DNA from: Tubulanus polymorphus
Taxonomy: Eukaryota > Animalia > Nemertea
Assembly (NCBI RefSeq): GCF_964204645.1
Contig: NW_027437436.1
Coordinates: 1-64,000 of the forward strand
Reading direction: 5' to 3'
Length of the DNA: 64,000 nucleotides
Shown here: positions 30,509 through 43,878 of the stretch, piece after piece
How positions within the stretch are numbered: the stretch's first letter is position 1
Layout: each line of letters opens with the position of its first letter
Notes under the pieces: model-generated
The model's input: the letters and a program-made list of their open reading frames with translations, nothing else
What the model was told of the DNA's origin: nothing
Database searches by the model: none
Position numbers and translations under genes: made by a program

Positions 30509-33500
30509 CTGTAAAAAAAGAAATCAGTTTCGGACTTTTGAATGGTGGCTAACTTGGGCCACAAGATTTCCTATTTATTAAAAGAAAATTGTTTTGAAAA
30601 AGATTTTCTGTAGCACCTGCTAAAAACAACTGAGCTGATTTTAACAACCAATGAAAAAATCTTCTTTTATGACCTAAAATCTACTAGTTGATTTAAGTAT
30701 CATCTGAAATCAATGTTTTGGTTGAGAAAACAATATTTTAATACATGTAGTAGAAAACACGCAAATCAAAATCTTCATCATGATTAAATGATTTTATTTA
30801 CATGTTTCAATTGATTTTGACTAATCTTTAATCGACTTAATTCTAAACACAACTAGAATGAGGCAAAGCCATTGAAATTCACCGCCACATGTGAACTTAT
30901 GGGGTTTGGGGTAAATCCATTGGACATATCGAGACCACATGTACACACACACATGTGTCAAAGGTGTCAAAGATGACAAAAAGATGCGATTAGTAACTGG
31001 AAAGAAATTTTATGAGAGAAAAAATATGTCAAAAAGGACTTAATTTTGGTCAGTGATAACTGACATTTTAACGAGAACGAAATCTTTGAAAAATTGAATA
31101 TGGGAACTTTTGTCCTAACAAATTAATGTTCATAATCTTAATACATTTATAGAATTACATTACATAACAACTAAAACTATGGGTGACCCGGCAAATTGAG
31201 AGTCTGGGTTTCATTGGACAGAAGCTCCCATGTTTATGCAAATTTGAGGCCTGTGCCGTTTACTGACGAAATAAAGTTTATCGATTGATTAATAAATTCA
31301 CGATAGGATTGCTTTAAGTGGGCAGGCAAGCTTACATCTTCACTCAGATAAATCGTTGTTACGCGCGACCTGCACCTTGGCGCGCGTTATCTATAACTGA
31401 TATGTATATACACGCATAGCATCTAGAGTAATAAGGCAAAATACTGCCTACGCAACTGTACACTAATAATCAAGGTCGTTAATGCAAACGTCAATAAAAT
31501 GACTTCAATTGATAATGATAAAACAATTATTTCAGTCGTGTCAACATCAGACTCATATTAAAAATTTAGATGCTATCAGGTGATCGGTATCATCAGTGAA
31601 TCAGCCGTGTGGCGAACACATAAGTAAATATCCTCAATTTCAAACCAGAATTCCGTCATATACTTTGATGCAACGTTATCTTATGCACGGGATTTCAAAA
31701 CTAGATGAATCATTGAACACATCGCACACAATAAATCGTTATATCATACGCCTTGAGTATCAGTATTCGCGCCAGAATTGATGAATATGAACCTCTTCAA
31801 TTGTGCCACCATTTTGTTACGCGAAATATCGCACCTGCTGATCCACCTCATTTAAATATTCAACAAATGCTATGACAAAGCGTCGGATCTTGGCGATATA
31901 AAGTTCTTTCGACACAAATAGCAATGAATTTTCACATGTGTAATTTTGGACAGCTAAAGATGCTGCATAAAAAAATTGCTCAAATAAATCGAATGACACT
32001 TTTTGGTTAATTTCTCAATAAATATGAAACCCACGGCTTTCAACTTTGCGCACCATCAAGAAAAACGAATTACGAAATATATTTTTTCTTATTCCGTTCG
32101 ATTCGCCAATTAGTAGTGAAATCAGAGGCTACTGAAATTGCGTTTGAGTGTGCTAAAAATAGCTTTGAGCGTAGTGTATTAAGCATACGAATGATAATCG
32201 ATCGGCCAGACCGTTGACATATGCTCGCAAACGGGAGCCAAAAATGTTGATCATGCATTTAACTGTTCAGTAGAGATTAGAACCACAAATACCATGCTCA
32301 TGAATTAAACCGGAAGAAAATGAATCTAAATTTCATTTAAATCTTGTGGATTAACTTTATCCCGAACTGTTTAATTTTGGTCCTGGATTAACCCAAAACG
32401 CAACTACTGTATAATTTACTTACTCGACTCCTCTATCAGGAAACCTCTCGTTTTTAGTTCGCCTGAAAAGGAAATGATATTCATTAATCAGGAATATCAT
32501 GATAACACTAAAAAATCAACTTCAAACTTCAAAAATGAAGCTTCAACAGATATCATTGACTGTTCCTATACGTAGCGGCCCACATGGTATGAGTATTTAT
32601 GGTATACTAGGCAAAAATGCCAAATTTTTCGAAGTAGGTGGAAAATCCTTCCACCTTAGAATGTAGTGCAAGGATATCATGATCATACTAAGAGGGGCGC
32701 ATCCAGGTTGAGCGCAAGGTCACCTCATATCACAAGATGCTTACTTACTCGCCGAGTAGATTTTGAAAATCTAGGTAAAGCTTACGTTTTTATGCAATTT
32801 AAGTGCATATTACTGCTTAGGGATGTAGACCTTTGTCATAGATCAATGTCGGGTAAATGTTTTCACATGTGATTTTCAAAAGGGCACTTGATCGGGAAAT
32901 AATGGATCCGCCCCTGACTAAATATTGAACATTGCTACAAATTAACAGTTCATATACTTTAATCATTCTGAAAGTTACCTGCGCAATACATATATATATA
33001 TATCAAACTGGCTTGAATTTAAAACATTTCATATTAGAACTTCATTACTTCTAACTTCTCGCATCGTAATTTTCTCTAGTAGTCATTTGTATTGGTTCTC
33101 ATATGGGGTACTCATGAGAGGTACTCATGAAATGTACTCATGAGAGGTACTCATGAGGGATACAAATGATAGGTACTCACCAACACTATAACTCCTCACT
33201 GTTTCAATGCATTCACCCAAATATTCGTCAACTGAAATGAAAATAAATAGTTAAGTAAATATTTAAGTTGATACAAAATGTGACCAAAGTGTGATAACTT
33301 TAAACACATAAGTTTAACACTAAAAACATAGCACTGGATCAAGGCAGAGGACAGATACCTCTGAAGATCTGATTTTAATTGATGCTATATTTTTGTTTTA
33401 TTTTAATCTTTTTCATATTCACCTATATGCTGGAGTTCAGTTGTATCTGTTACACTGTCAATTTCATCTCCTATTCAAATAGAACAAACAATTATTTCAA

Positions 33501-33712
33501 CCCTAAAAATCGAATCATTAATACAATTCAGTGAAACAAGAATTCATCATTTACCGAAACTTTCTTTCACTCGTTTCCAATAACCTGTGCTAATCTTTAA
33601 AGTTGTACTGGCAAGTTCACTGAGTTTAGACACTATGTAATAAATACAAGATAATAGTTTTTATACGAAGAATTCTATTATAGATCACAATCTGATTTCA
33701 CTGTGAACTTAC

Positions 33713-34486
33713 CCGCACGAGATATATCATATGCCCATTGTTGTGCTGATGACCACATACTGCTGCGAAACTTTTTACATTTCTCTTTTAAAACAGTCTC
33801 TAGTGAATCTATAATCACACATGTTAAATGTAACTAATGAGGAGCAAAGAAAACTTATCGACATTGTCGAAACGATTGTTATATTGGGTACAAGTACGTT
33901 CCTCTCTATCTGTCTTATCCCATCACCCACAGTGATTGCATGTTCTGAATTCAGTCAGGTTTATAATCAGGTTATCTGGTATATTAGATATTTTAAGACG
34001 TTCTAGTATAAAATCTTGCTTGAATGAACTGTAGAACGAGCCTTTGGAAGTGATAGAACCTATAATCAACTCCTCCATTCCAAAAAATGATCCTTTTATC
34101 TCTGGCGAAGAGATACCTAGCCAGTTTAGATTTGGGAATAATTGGCTAAGTATTGATAAAACCAATAGATACAAAGATTACTTTTCAGTAATTTCATTAC
34201 GTAAAATTTCTCATTTCCAGTGAAATTGTGTTGTTCCGGTACTTGGATAAATTCCCACGAACTAGGATAGTAAAATACAGTCGACCTTCACCCTTACTCG
34301 GCACCAGCCGACCTTCACCCTTACTCGGTACCAGTCGACCACCACCCTTACTGGGGACAAGTCCTCTCCACCCTTACTCTGTACCGGTTTCATTTGTCTA
34401 TTAAAACACCTCACAGTCAATACAATGTATTCATTCACCTTTGAATTTCGGAATTCTGTCTGCAATAATTGCTTTGATGTGAATCA
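33713..34486 (-). CDS. Putative upstream exons of the NLR gene (34486-34439, 33808-33713)
   Basis: AG/GT-bounded, open, 48- and 96-bp phase-1/phase-1 exons compatible with the phase-1 acceptor at 30508. Confidence 0.4.
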
Positions 34487-36720
34487 CTGAAACAGAATAA
34501 ACACCATAGATTACTGCAGAGAGAGAGAGCGAAATATGTTCTACTTTCCTAATTCAATCAACAATTTAGTCGATTTAGGCCTTTTTAATGGCTGGCTTTA
34601 CGGGGTAAACATTTCAAAATATCATTCCAGAGGAGGAAATAAGAATTTTAAGAAAATTCCCTTAGTGAGACTAAATTCATGAACTGGGAACTGTCAAGAG
34701 GGCTGAATATACAAATGTCCAAATAAAATATGCATGGAAAGTTCGAATTCTGCACACTGCGATCAAAAAGGAACCACGCGGTTTTCAATTTGTTCATCAT
34801 TCAAGCCATGATTCTCATTCGGCGGAGGTGAAAGGCATTTCCTTGCTAATTTTTTCACTCAATTTATACACGAACGGGAACAAAAAATTATTTGTTTATT
34901 CTTCCAATTTATGGAGGCGGTTCCCATAAACCTAGCTATTAAAAAAGAGAATAGATATTGTCTGTTTATAAAAGGCCCGTAATATTGAAGATCAATGAGG
35001 AAAATTTGTTACTCTGACATTTCAAGTAGTATACTTTTATCCATCTTCAGAGATTTATTCAGGTTCGAAGTCACTACTACTGATATTCCCCAAAACTGTG
35101 AAACAAGCTGCAGTTCACCCTGTGGGCCATTTTCATGAAATTATGAAGCATTTCAGTTTTAAGTGTTCTGAACAGCTAAGCTGGATTAAGAGCTGCATAA
35201 GAACCACTACTTGTGTGAGGGCGCACCATCTCGTAAATAGTTGAGACTACTATAGCAAACCAATATTATTCATTTTTACAAAACGTACTTTCTGGATTTG
35301 GCAGTTTCATTTTTGGAATAACTATGTCATGGTAGACATAGATTTGATCTGCATAAATATAGCTTTTAAAATATCAGAGTTACATTTTTGAAAAATAACA
35401 TTTTATCAATCATTTTATATCTGAGATTATTTTCTTGTTTCTCTTTGTACCATTTATGACTGCCAAGCCTAGTTACTCTGGTCTGAGAAGCTTTGTTCTC
35501 ATAGTATCTTTAAGTCAACAAACCACAACATTTGCCTAGATACTTAATGGTGACACTAATTACAAAGTTTGTTTTCTTGGCAATCTGGCATCTATCCGTT
35601 GTCAGAGCCCAAGTACCTGGATCCTCCAATCAGATGAATCTTTGCTAGATTGGGTTTGTAGGTGGAGCCAGAGTCATCAAGGTCCAGCTCAGGCCTAGCT
35701 GGGTTATTCTGACTTTGGATTTCATCAAATAAACCCAATCTGCAATTAAAGATTCACTCTCGTATTTTCATTGGATTTCCAGGTAAGATATTTAGTACAC
35801 TTTGTTATTCATAGTGTTTCCATTTATTACAACTTAGCTTAGGCCTAAAACAATAAAGTATAATTTGTCTGCTATATTCTCGCCTCCCCCGAGTGAAGTA
35901 TTCTACCGATCCTTATGGATCTCGATTATTAAAGAAATCGAATGTAAATTAGAATTACAAATAACTGAAATTAGGTTTTGCTTTAAACCATGCAAGACGC
36001 ATATATTTGAATTACAAACTAAAACTTAAGCTGGCAATTTGAGTACTCTGTATATATATACATATATATATTTATATAATTAGTCAACAAGGTGTTATGA
36101 CGATATGATATATAATCTCAGCAATTATTAGTATAATCATGTATATTCAAATGTATGAACTATGACTTTTAATATCTTATTATTCTGACTTTGGATTTCA
36201 TCAAATAAACCCAATCTGCAATTAAAGATTCACTCTTGTATTTTCATTGGATTTTCAGGAATTTCAGGATCACAAAACATAATTATAACCGCGGTGGTTC
36301 ATCCCAAAAACCTCCGCATTAAACTACTTTCAGTCTTAAATGTCATGACGAGAGAAACCCATAATATTATATAGATCGAAAACAACAGCCCTTGTTTTTT
36401 TTTCTTGGCGCCGTTTCTTTCATCTGATTTTGTCCTAATAACATCCCTTCAGGAGAGGTTCCTAATGTGAGCTCTGGTGTGACACTCACTACTATTAAAC
36501 CTTATTTCAAATAATTCCACCTGGAACATTAGGAAACAACAAGCGGTTATTTTATATCTGCATTGTGGGGTTTTCTCTGCATGACATAATCATAATATGA
36601 GTTTAACGTGGAAGTTGATACTTACTCGCTATTTCATCTTTAGCTGAAAAACGGCAAACAACAATAACTAACAAATATAAATTAGTTAAGTAGATCTAAA
36701 CAGGTAAATTTATACAGTTC

Positions 36721-36792
36721 AGTAATTAGAAGATGGCGTTTTCATACCAGAGTACTAGAGTACTAGACACCACTCATCACCACAAGTAATTT
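36721..36792 (+). repeat. Left TIR of element 2
   Basis: Exact reverse complement of 53275-53346; extends imperfectly to 93 bp. Confidence 0.97.
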
Positions 36793-39700
36793 TTTTTCCT
36801 AATAAATGGGGGAGAATGAACACCAGCCAGAAAACAATAATGTTAATGAAAATCAATATCATTGTCCATATTGTAAAAAATACATTGATAAGTCTAATAA
36901 ATCTAAACATGAAAAATCTGCAAATCATATAAAAAATGTAATACATTTTGAAACCCCAGAAAATTCCAATGAAAGAAAGGAACGATTAGATGATATGAAT
37001 GTGGATGAAATAAAATGTGAAGTTTGTTATGAATTTATAGTAAAAAGGAATTATAAAAGACATATCAAATCACAAAAACACCATCAAAATTTGAGTAATG
37101 ATGTTTTAGGAAAAGATTATTTCGATGATAAACCTCAAAAAGTAAAAAAACCAACTTCAAAAACTAAATCCATTTCAAATAAACCTTACATGGAAAATGT
37201 TAGAAATTATATTGATTCACTAGAAATAAAAGATACAATTGAAATTTTAGAAACATTACATAGTAAAATTGGTTCTGCGGCTATTATATTTAGATTCTTT
37301 AAAGGAACAAGAATAGAAGATTATAGTAAATTTAATGAAATAATAGAAAAAATACTAGATTTGATAACAGATGTTGAATATCCAAAAATTAGTATCTCTG
37401 GGAAAGTAAGTTTTATAAAGTCAGAAGATAAAATGGATTATAATATTCAAACACTCTCTGAAGAAATAATTTCAAAAACGCAAATAAAAGAGAAGTTAGA
37501 AAAAATATTTAATGAATTTAAACGTCATATTGAAGAGAGATATTTTGAGGGTTCTGGTTTAACATTGAATGGAATTATATTTTTAGATTTAAATGTTTAT
37601 AATACTTAAAGGAATAAAACATCAAAAAGTAAAACAACGTTTAAAATGACTCAAACTTTACAACAGAAAAGGATATTAAAGCATCAAGTTATATTAAATT
37701 ACCATTTACAACAAAAGCAGTAATAAATGTTCAAAATGAATATAATAAATGTTTTCTATGGTCAATTATTAGTTGCTTACACCCAACAGAAGATATTACG
37801 CATAGTTTTAGAATAACAAATTACCGGAAATATGAAACATTATATAAAATTGATCAATATCCAGTAACTATAAAAATGATACCCAAAATAGAAAAATTAA
37901 TAAGTTAAAAATAAATGTATTCGAATTAATGCAATTACCAAACACAAAAGGTGAAAATATTAAAGATTATACATTGGAAGCTTTATATTTAACAGAATAT
38001 TATGATGATGAAAATGCTATAGATTTGTTATATTACAAAAAAGATGAAAATGAACATTATATGTGGTTAAAACAAATTGATTTATTCTTTAGAACAGAAA
38101 GTGATTTTAACAGTCATAAGATTTATCTATGTAGAAAATGTTTATCTAAATTTAGAACTGAGAATGCGTTACTAAAATATAAAGAATTATGTGATAATAA
38201 AGATTTTTGCAAATTAATAATGCCAACAGAAAAAGATTATAAATTGAAATTTACTAATCATAAATTTAAAAATATTGTTCCATTTGTAATTTATGGGGAT
38301 TTTGAATCGTTGAATAAAGAATTAACTGATCAAGATAGAAAAGAAATATATAACAAAAAGCAATTATTAAAATCAATGGATAAAGGAAATGAATTAAATG
38401 AAGACACAAGACCACCAATTATAAATACAATTAAAAAAGTTCATCAAAGAGCTGCTGCTTATGGAATTTATATAAAATCAAAGTATCCTGAATTATATGA
38501 AAGTCAATATATTTCTTTTAGAGGTGAAGATGTAGTTAATGATTTTTGTAACAAAATGATTGAATTAGAAAGTGATTTTGCAAAATTATTAAACAAAAAT
38601 AAAAGAATAGTTATGACAAAAGAAGATGAAATTGATTTTAATTATGCAACTCATTGTTGTTATTGTGAAAAACGTTTTTATTCATTTGATAAAAAAGTTA
38701 GAGATCATAATCATTAAATTCAAAATATCGTGGGGCTGCTCATGAAGATTGTAATTTACAAGCTAAAAAAGTAAATTTCGTTCCAATATTATTTCATAAT
38801 TTATCCGGCTATGATACCCATCTATTTATAAAACAATTATCAAGGAAATTGGGCGCAATTAATCAAGAAATAGAAGAATATAATGCTATGAATGGTGTAA
38901 ATGTAAGAACATATGATTTTAAACTATTAGCTAAAACATCTGAAAATTATATTTCATTTCAATTTGGTTGCATTAGATTTTTAGATTCTTATAGATTTCT
39001 AGCAAGTTCATTAGATAATTTATTAAAAAGTTTAGTTGATAATGATTTTGTTATAACTCGATATCATTATCCAAATGAACAAGATTCTAAATTATTGAGA
39101 TATAAAGGTGCAATTCCTTATTCATTTTATAAAACACACAATGATTTTAATGTAACAGAATTATTAAAAGATCAATTTTATGATCAATTAAAAGAGGAGT
39201 ATGTGAAAGATGAAGTGTTTAACAGAACATTAAATATTTGGAACCATTTTAAGATGAAAAATCATTGCGAATTAGTTGATTTATATTTATATTTATAAAA
39301 TCAGATGTTATGATATTGGCTGACATATTTGAAAAATTTAGAGAAGTTAATTTGAATCATTTTAATGTTGATCCTTGTTATTGCTACTCTAGTCCTGGTT
39401 TAACCTGGCAATGTGGTTTAAAATACACAAATGTAGAATTAGATTTATTAAAAGAACCAGTTATGGTTTTATTATTTTAAAAATCAATTAGAGGTGGAAT
39501 TAGTGGTGTTATGGGAGATATATATTTTAAAGCAAATGATGAATATAAATTATAATATATTGACGCCAATAATTTATATGGTTGGGCAATGATGCAACCT
39601 CAACCATATAAAAGTTTTATATTAACAGAAGTTGAAAATGATGATAAAACTGATTGGGAAAGCGCAATTGCGAGTTTAAAAGATGAAGCACCAATTGGTT

Positions 39701-39933
39701 ATTTCTTTGTAGTTGATTTAGAATATCCTGAAAATATAAAGTTTAAAACAAGAAACTTACCTTATTGCCCAGAACATTTAACCGTAGATGATAGTTATTC
39801 AAGTGAATACCAGAAGAAAATAAAACCGAAAGATCATGTTTTTACAGAAAAATTAATACTTACTCAAATTAATAAATACAATTATATTGTTCATTATAGA
39901 ATGTTAAAATTCTATCTAAAACAAGGAATGAAA

Positions 39934-40545
39934 CTCTTTCCATGCGACTTCCCTAAAAACCAGATCCTGAGATTTTGCGAACTTTTTTCAAAAAATATTG
40001 GGTTCTCAAACTTCTAGACGGTCTAATACGCTTCCCTACACTAAAATATGATGATTCAGCTTGTTTCTGATGATCTAGCTATTCTGGGGTCGTTAGGGGC
40101 CCCCAAAATGTCAAAAAAAAAAATTTGACCTACTTTCGGGTCATTCGGGTACCCCTACCCCTAACTGCAGCTTCATATTCTCTCTATATATCTTCATTAT
40201 ATCCACTGCGTCATGTATAGACACCGTATACCAGCCGCTGTGTCTATTTATAAAGCTTTCAATTTTGCCCTACTTTGTTTACACAACTTGACCTCAATTC
40301 ACCGATAATGACTTTCGTGACCTATATAGATTTTATTCATACACCCGCCAGCGAACTCGAACAAAAACAAGTCCCTGGGGTTGCCAGGACTACCAGGCAT
40401 ACATACAAGCCGTATAAGCTTTATACATTGCCATTTAGACAGTAAGGGGATAAGTAGGTCAAACACCTGTGACGTGGCGCCACACCGCGCAAAAACAAAG
40501 CGTTCTGGAGACTGTGTCGTCCGGTCACAGTTAGCATGGAAAGAG
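39934..40545. mobile_element. MITE-like insertion interrupting pPolB
   Basis: About 610 bp, GC-richer than its surroundings, bounded by CTCTTTCCATGC / GCATGGAAAGAG inverted repeats. Removing 39936-40543 restores QGMKLEKVHRYIEF. Confidence 0.8.
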
Positions 40546-40964
40546 AGAAAGTACATAGATATATTGAATTTAATCAATCGAAGTGGTTAGAAAAATATAT
40601 AGATTTCAATACTCAACAGAGAACCATATCAAAAACAGATTTTGAAAAAGATTTCTTCAAATTAATGAATAATAGTTTTTATGGTAAAACATGTGAAAAT
40701 ATTAGAAATAGAAATGATATTGAATTAGTAAATAATTCTGAAAGATTAAGACATTTACAATCAAGTCCTAGACATTTAGGAAATAAAAGATTTGAAGATT
40801 ATTTAACAGCAGTTAAATTAAAAAGAACGTCAATGAAATTTGATAAACCTATATTCATTGGTTCAACTGTTTTAGAAGTATCAAAATTATTAATGTATGA
40901 TTTTTATTATAATGTTTTACAACCTTTTTTTGGGGAAAAGCATATTGAAATATTATATTTTGAT

Positions 40965-42029
40965 TCTGTAACAGCTGACGCCCCAATATTATTAAAATGT
41001 AATAATAAAATATTGATAAGAAGAATTTCAGAAATAATTCCAAAACAAAATGAATGTTATATTTCATATGGTGAAAAAGAATTAATACAAATAAATGGAT
41101 TAATGGATGTTTGGACAAGAAATGGATGGAAAAAATTAAAGAATATTATTAGGCATAAAACAAATAAGAAAATCTATAGAGTTAGAACTAAATTAGGGTT
41201 TGTAGATGTTACAGAAGATCATAGTTTAATTAAACGAAATGGCGATGAAATAAAACCAACTGATATAAAAATTGGAGATGAATTATTACATAAAAGATTT
41301 TTCCAAAGAATGAATCATATGTCATTTGATGAAATTATTGATAATTTTTATAACATAGAACCCGAAACATTAGAAGAAAAAGAATATTTTTTTAAAGGAT
41401 TTTTCATGGGAGATGGTTCAGCAGGTGTGTATAATTATGTTAATCGCAATCAATATTGCTGGTATTTATGCAATCAAGATTTGAAATTATTAGCAAGAAT
41501 TAAGAAATTCTGTGAAGAAGTTTATTCACATAAAACATTTAGAATCGTGGATCATATGAAATCAACAGCAGTTTATAGAATACTTGTAAATAACCATAAA
41601 GATTTTGCTACAAAATATAATGACGAATTCTATATCCATACAATAGTTAAAAGTAATACTTCAACTAAAGAAAAGATAGTTCCAGATTATGTATTAAATG
41701 CAAAATATAAATTAAGAAAATGGCTCTTCATTGGATTCTATGCTGCAGATGGTTCAAAAAAATATACGAGATCTCCAGTAATAACATTTGCGCAAAAAGG
41801 AAAAGTTGCTATATCAGGATTGAATATATTATGCAGTTCATTAGGATTTAATATGAATATAGAATTAATTAAATCTAAACCAAATTGTTTTAATTTAAGG
41901 CATACAGAAAAAGATTTAACTGAAGAAGTTATAGATTTATTTGAAATATATAACCCATCAGATTATGTTTATGATTTATCAACTGAAGATGGCACATTCA
42001 ACTGTGGATTTCCATTAATAGCCAAAAAT
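40965..42029 (+). mobile_element. Intein with LAGLIDADG homing endonuclease (355 aa) in pPolB motif C
   Basis: N-extein ..LYFD; block A SVTADAPILL; block B VDVTEDHSL; LAGLIDADG helices FFKGFFMGDGS and LFIGFYAADGS; block F YVYDLSTEDGTF; C-terminus IAKN; +1 Thr (TDA). Confidence 0.95.
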
Positions 42030-42481
42030 ACGGACGCCTACATACTAAAAATCAAGACAAATGATATAACAAAAGACTTAAAAACATTAAAACATCATTT
42101 TGATTTTAGCAATTATCCCAAAGATCATGAACTATTTAGCAATGATAATAAAAAGATTCCTAGTAAGTTTAAAGATGAATTAGAGGGTGATGAAATGATT
42201 GAATTTGTTGGGATAAGAAGTAAAATGTATAGTTACAGAACAAAAGATCATGAAGCTAAAAAGTTAAAAGGAATAACAAAACATGTGGTTGATAAACATA
42301 TAGAATTTCAAGATTATATAAAGTGTTTATATAACTCAATTGTAATGAAACATAAAATGAATTGTTTAAGATCAGAAGATCACGAGATGTACATTAATGA
42401 AGTTGAAAAAACTAGTTTGAATCCATTTGATGATAAAAGGCATATTTTAGATGATGGTATAAAAACATTACCTTATGGCCA

Positions 42482-43810
42482 TTAAAACATAAAATCAATA
42501 TCATCATACTCGAAATCACTATTGGCTTCTTCATTTTCATTTAATTGTTCTTGTATAATTTGTTTCGGTTCTTCCATTTCATTTTTCTCATTTAAATATA
42601 GTTCTATCTTGCGCCACATTTCATCTCGCTCTCTTTGTTTCTTTTTGTTTGTTAATTCATCAAATGGAATTATAATATCTATGTTTAAATTATTTACAAT
42701 CTTATTTAAAAAGAATTCATAATTTATTGAATCTGTTATTCTATTTTCCAAATGATACATTAATATTTGTTTAAATATTTTTTTTTTATTTTCCATATCT
42801 TCTTCTGTTAATTTAGGTTTTTCATAATAATCGTTAAATAATGAATATAAATACATTTTCTTTTGTTTTGTGTTAAATGTTGACGGAATAATTGTTTTTA
42901 TAATATCTTTTTTAGTTATTTCACCATTTTTATTTTCTATTATTTTCATTTTTTCAAGCCATTGCATATATTCTGGTGTATGATCTTCTATAGAAAATAT
43001 TTTAAAAATTTCATCTAGATAATTTAATTTTGGCTCTATGAGAAAATTTCTAGTTTTTTCTTCACCCCATAAATTCTTTTGCCATCCACAATCAACACAA
43101 AATAACACAGTACCTTCTTGTCTTAAGGTCGCATAACTACATTGTGGACATTTTCGTTTATAATTTATTGGTAGTAGATCTTCATTAAGCTCTTGGTATT
43201 TTCTTACGTTTTCTTTATGTTTTATTGTTCTATTATGTAGATTTGAATTACTTGTTGTAATAATCAATTTACAATATTTACAATAATATGTTTTTCTTGT
43301 TAATTCATTATATTGTTTTTCTAACTTTTCAACTGTTTCTTTATTATCTGGTAACGTTTTCTCATATTTTATTTTTTCTAATAAATTATTTTTTCTTTCA
43401 TTGAATTCAGTTTCAAATTTATTAGAAATTTTATCTATATGTACTTTACGAAATTGATGATTCTCCCAATCTTCTATATTTTCAGGGCTATATTTTATTC
43501 GACAAGGCTCGCAGAAATGATCTTTCATATTATCCTTATCATAGAATAAGAAAGGTCTTTTCCAAATAATTTCAGGTTCAACTTCAACAGAATTACTATT
43601 ACTTTCATTACTATCAACATTAGCCGTTGCGCCATTAATTTTACACTTCTCTGAATGTTTTTTAACATAATTTCTTGAGAATAATTTATTACATTTTGGG
43701 CAGTTTAGTTTAGGGGGTTTATAATTTTCTTCATGTTTTTTCATATGTCGAGCCATATTACTTTTTCTTAGAAGTTCACCACAAATTTCGCATGGTATCT
43801 TCTCATCCAT
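42482..43810 (-). CDS. Multi-zinc-finger protein (element 2)
   Basis: CEIC..HMKKH, CPKC..HSEKC, CEPC..HQFRKVH, CKYC..HNRTIKH, plus a CPQC..CVDC ribbon; intact 442 aa. Confidence 0.8.
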   Translation of the reverse strand: MDEKIPCEICGELLRKSNMARHMKKHEENYKPPKLNCPKCNKLFSRNYVKKHSEKCKINGATANVDSNESNSNSVEVEPEIIWKRPFLFYDKDNMKDHFCEPCRIKYSPENIEDWENHQFRKVHIDKISNKFETEFNERKNNLLEKIKYEKTLPDNKETVEKLEKQYNELTRKTYYCKYCKLIITTSNSNLHNRTIKHKENVRKYQELNEDLLPINYKRKCPQCSYATLRQEGTVLFCVDCGWQKNLWGEEKTRNFLIEPKLNYLDEIFKIFSIEDHTPEYMQWLEKMKIIENKNGEITKKDIIKTIIPSTFNTKQKKMYLYSLFNDYYEKPKLTEEDMENKKKIFKQILMYHLENRITDSINYEFFLNKIVNNLNIDIIIPFDELTNKKKQRERDEMWRKIELYLNEKNEMEEPKQIIQEQLNENEEANSDFEYDDIDFMF

Positions 43811-43878
43811 TTATTAAGGAAAAATTTTATTAAAATTAATTTTTAGTGATGAGCGGTAATTTTTTTATGTTATAAATA

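Larger units (their letters stand above)
36806..42485 (+). pseudogene. polB: Protein-primed family B DNA polymerase (pPolB), disrupted, intein-containing
   Basis: In order: N-terminal zinc fingers; EGSG; NVQN..NKCFLWSII / EHY (vOTU-like); ExoI YGDFES; EndoVII-like insert CCYC..RDHNH..RGAAHEDCN; ExoII FHNLSGYD; FLDSYRFL; motif A YIDANNLYGWAM; motif B KLMNNSFYGK; motif C YFD|TD; KMY; DDKR. At least five stops or frameshifts plus a MITE lie upstream of 40545. Confidence 0.95.

Noticed and set aside
35704-36260. Duplicated segment of about 75 bp (about 35704-35780 and 36180-36258)
   Set aside because: A local duplication including a candidate splice acceptor; no evidence of a mobile element or function.
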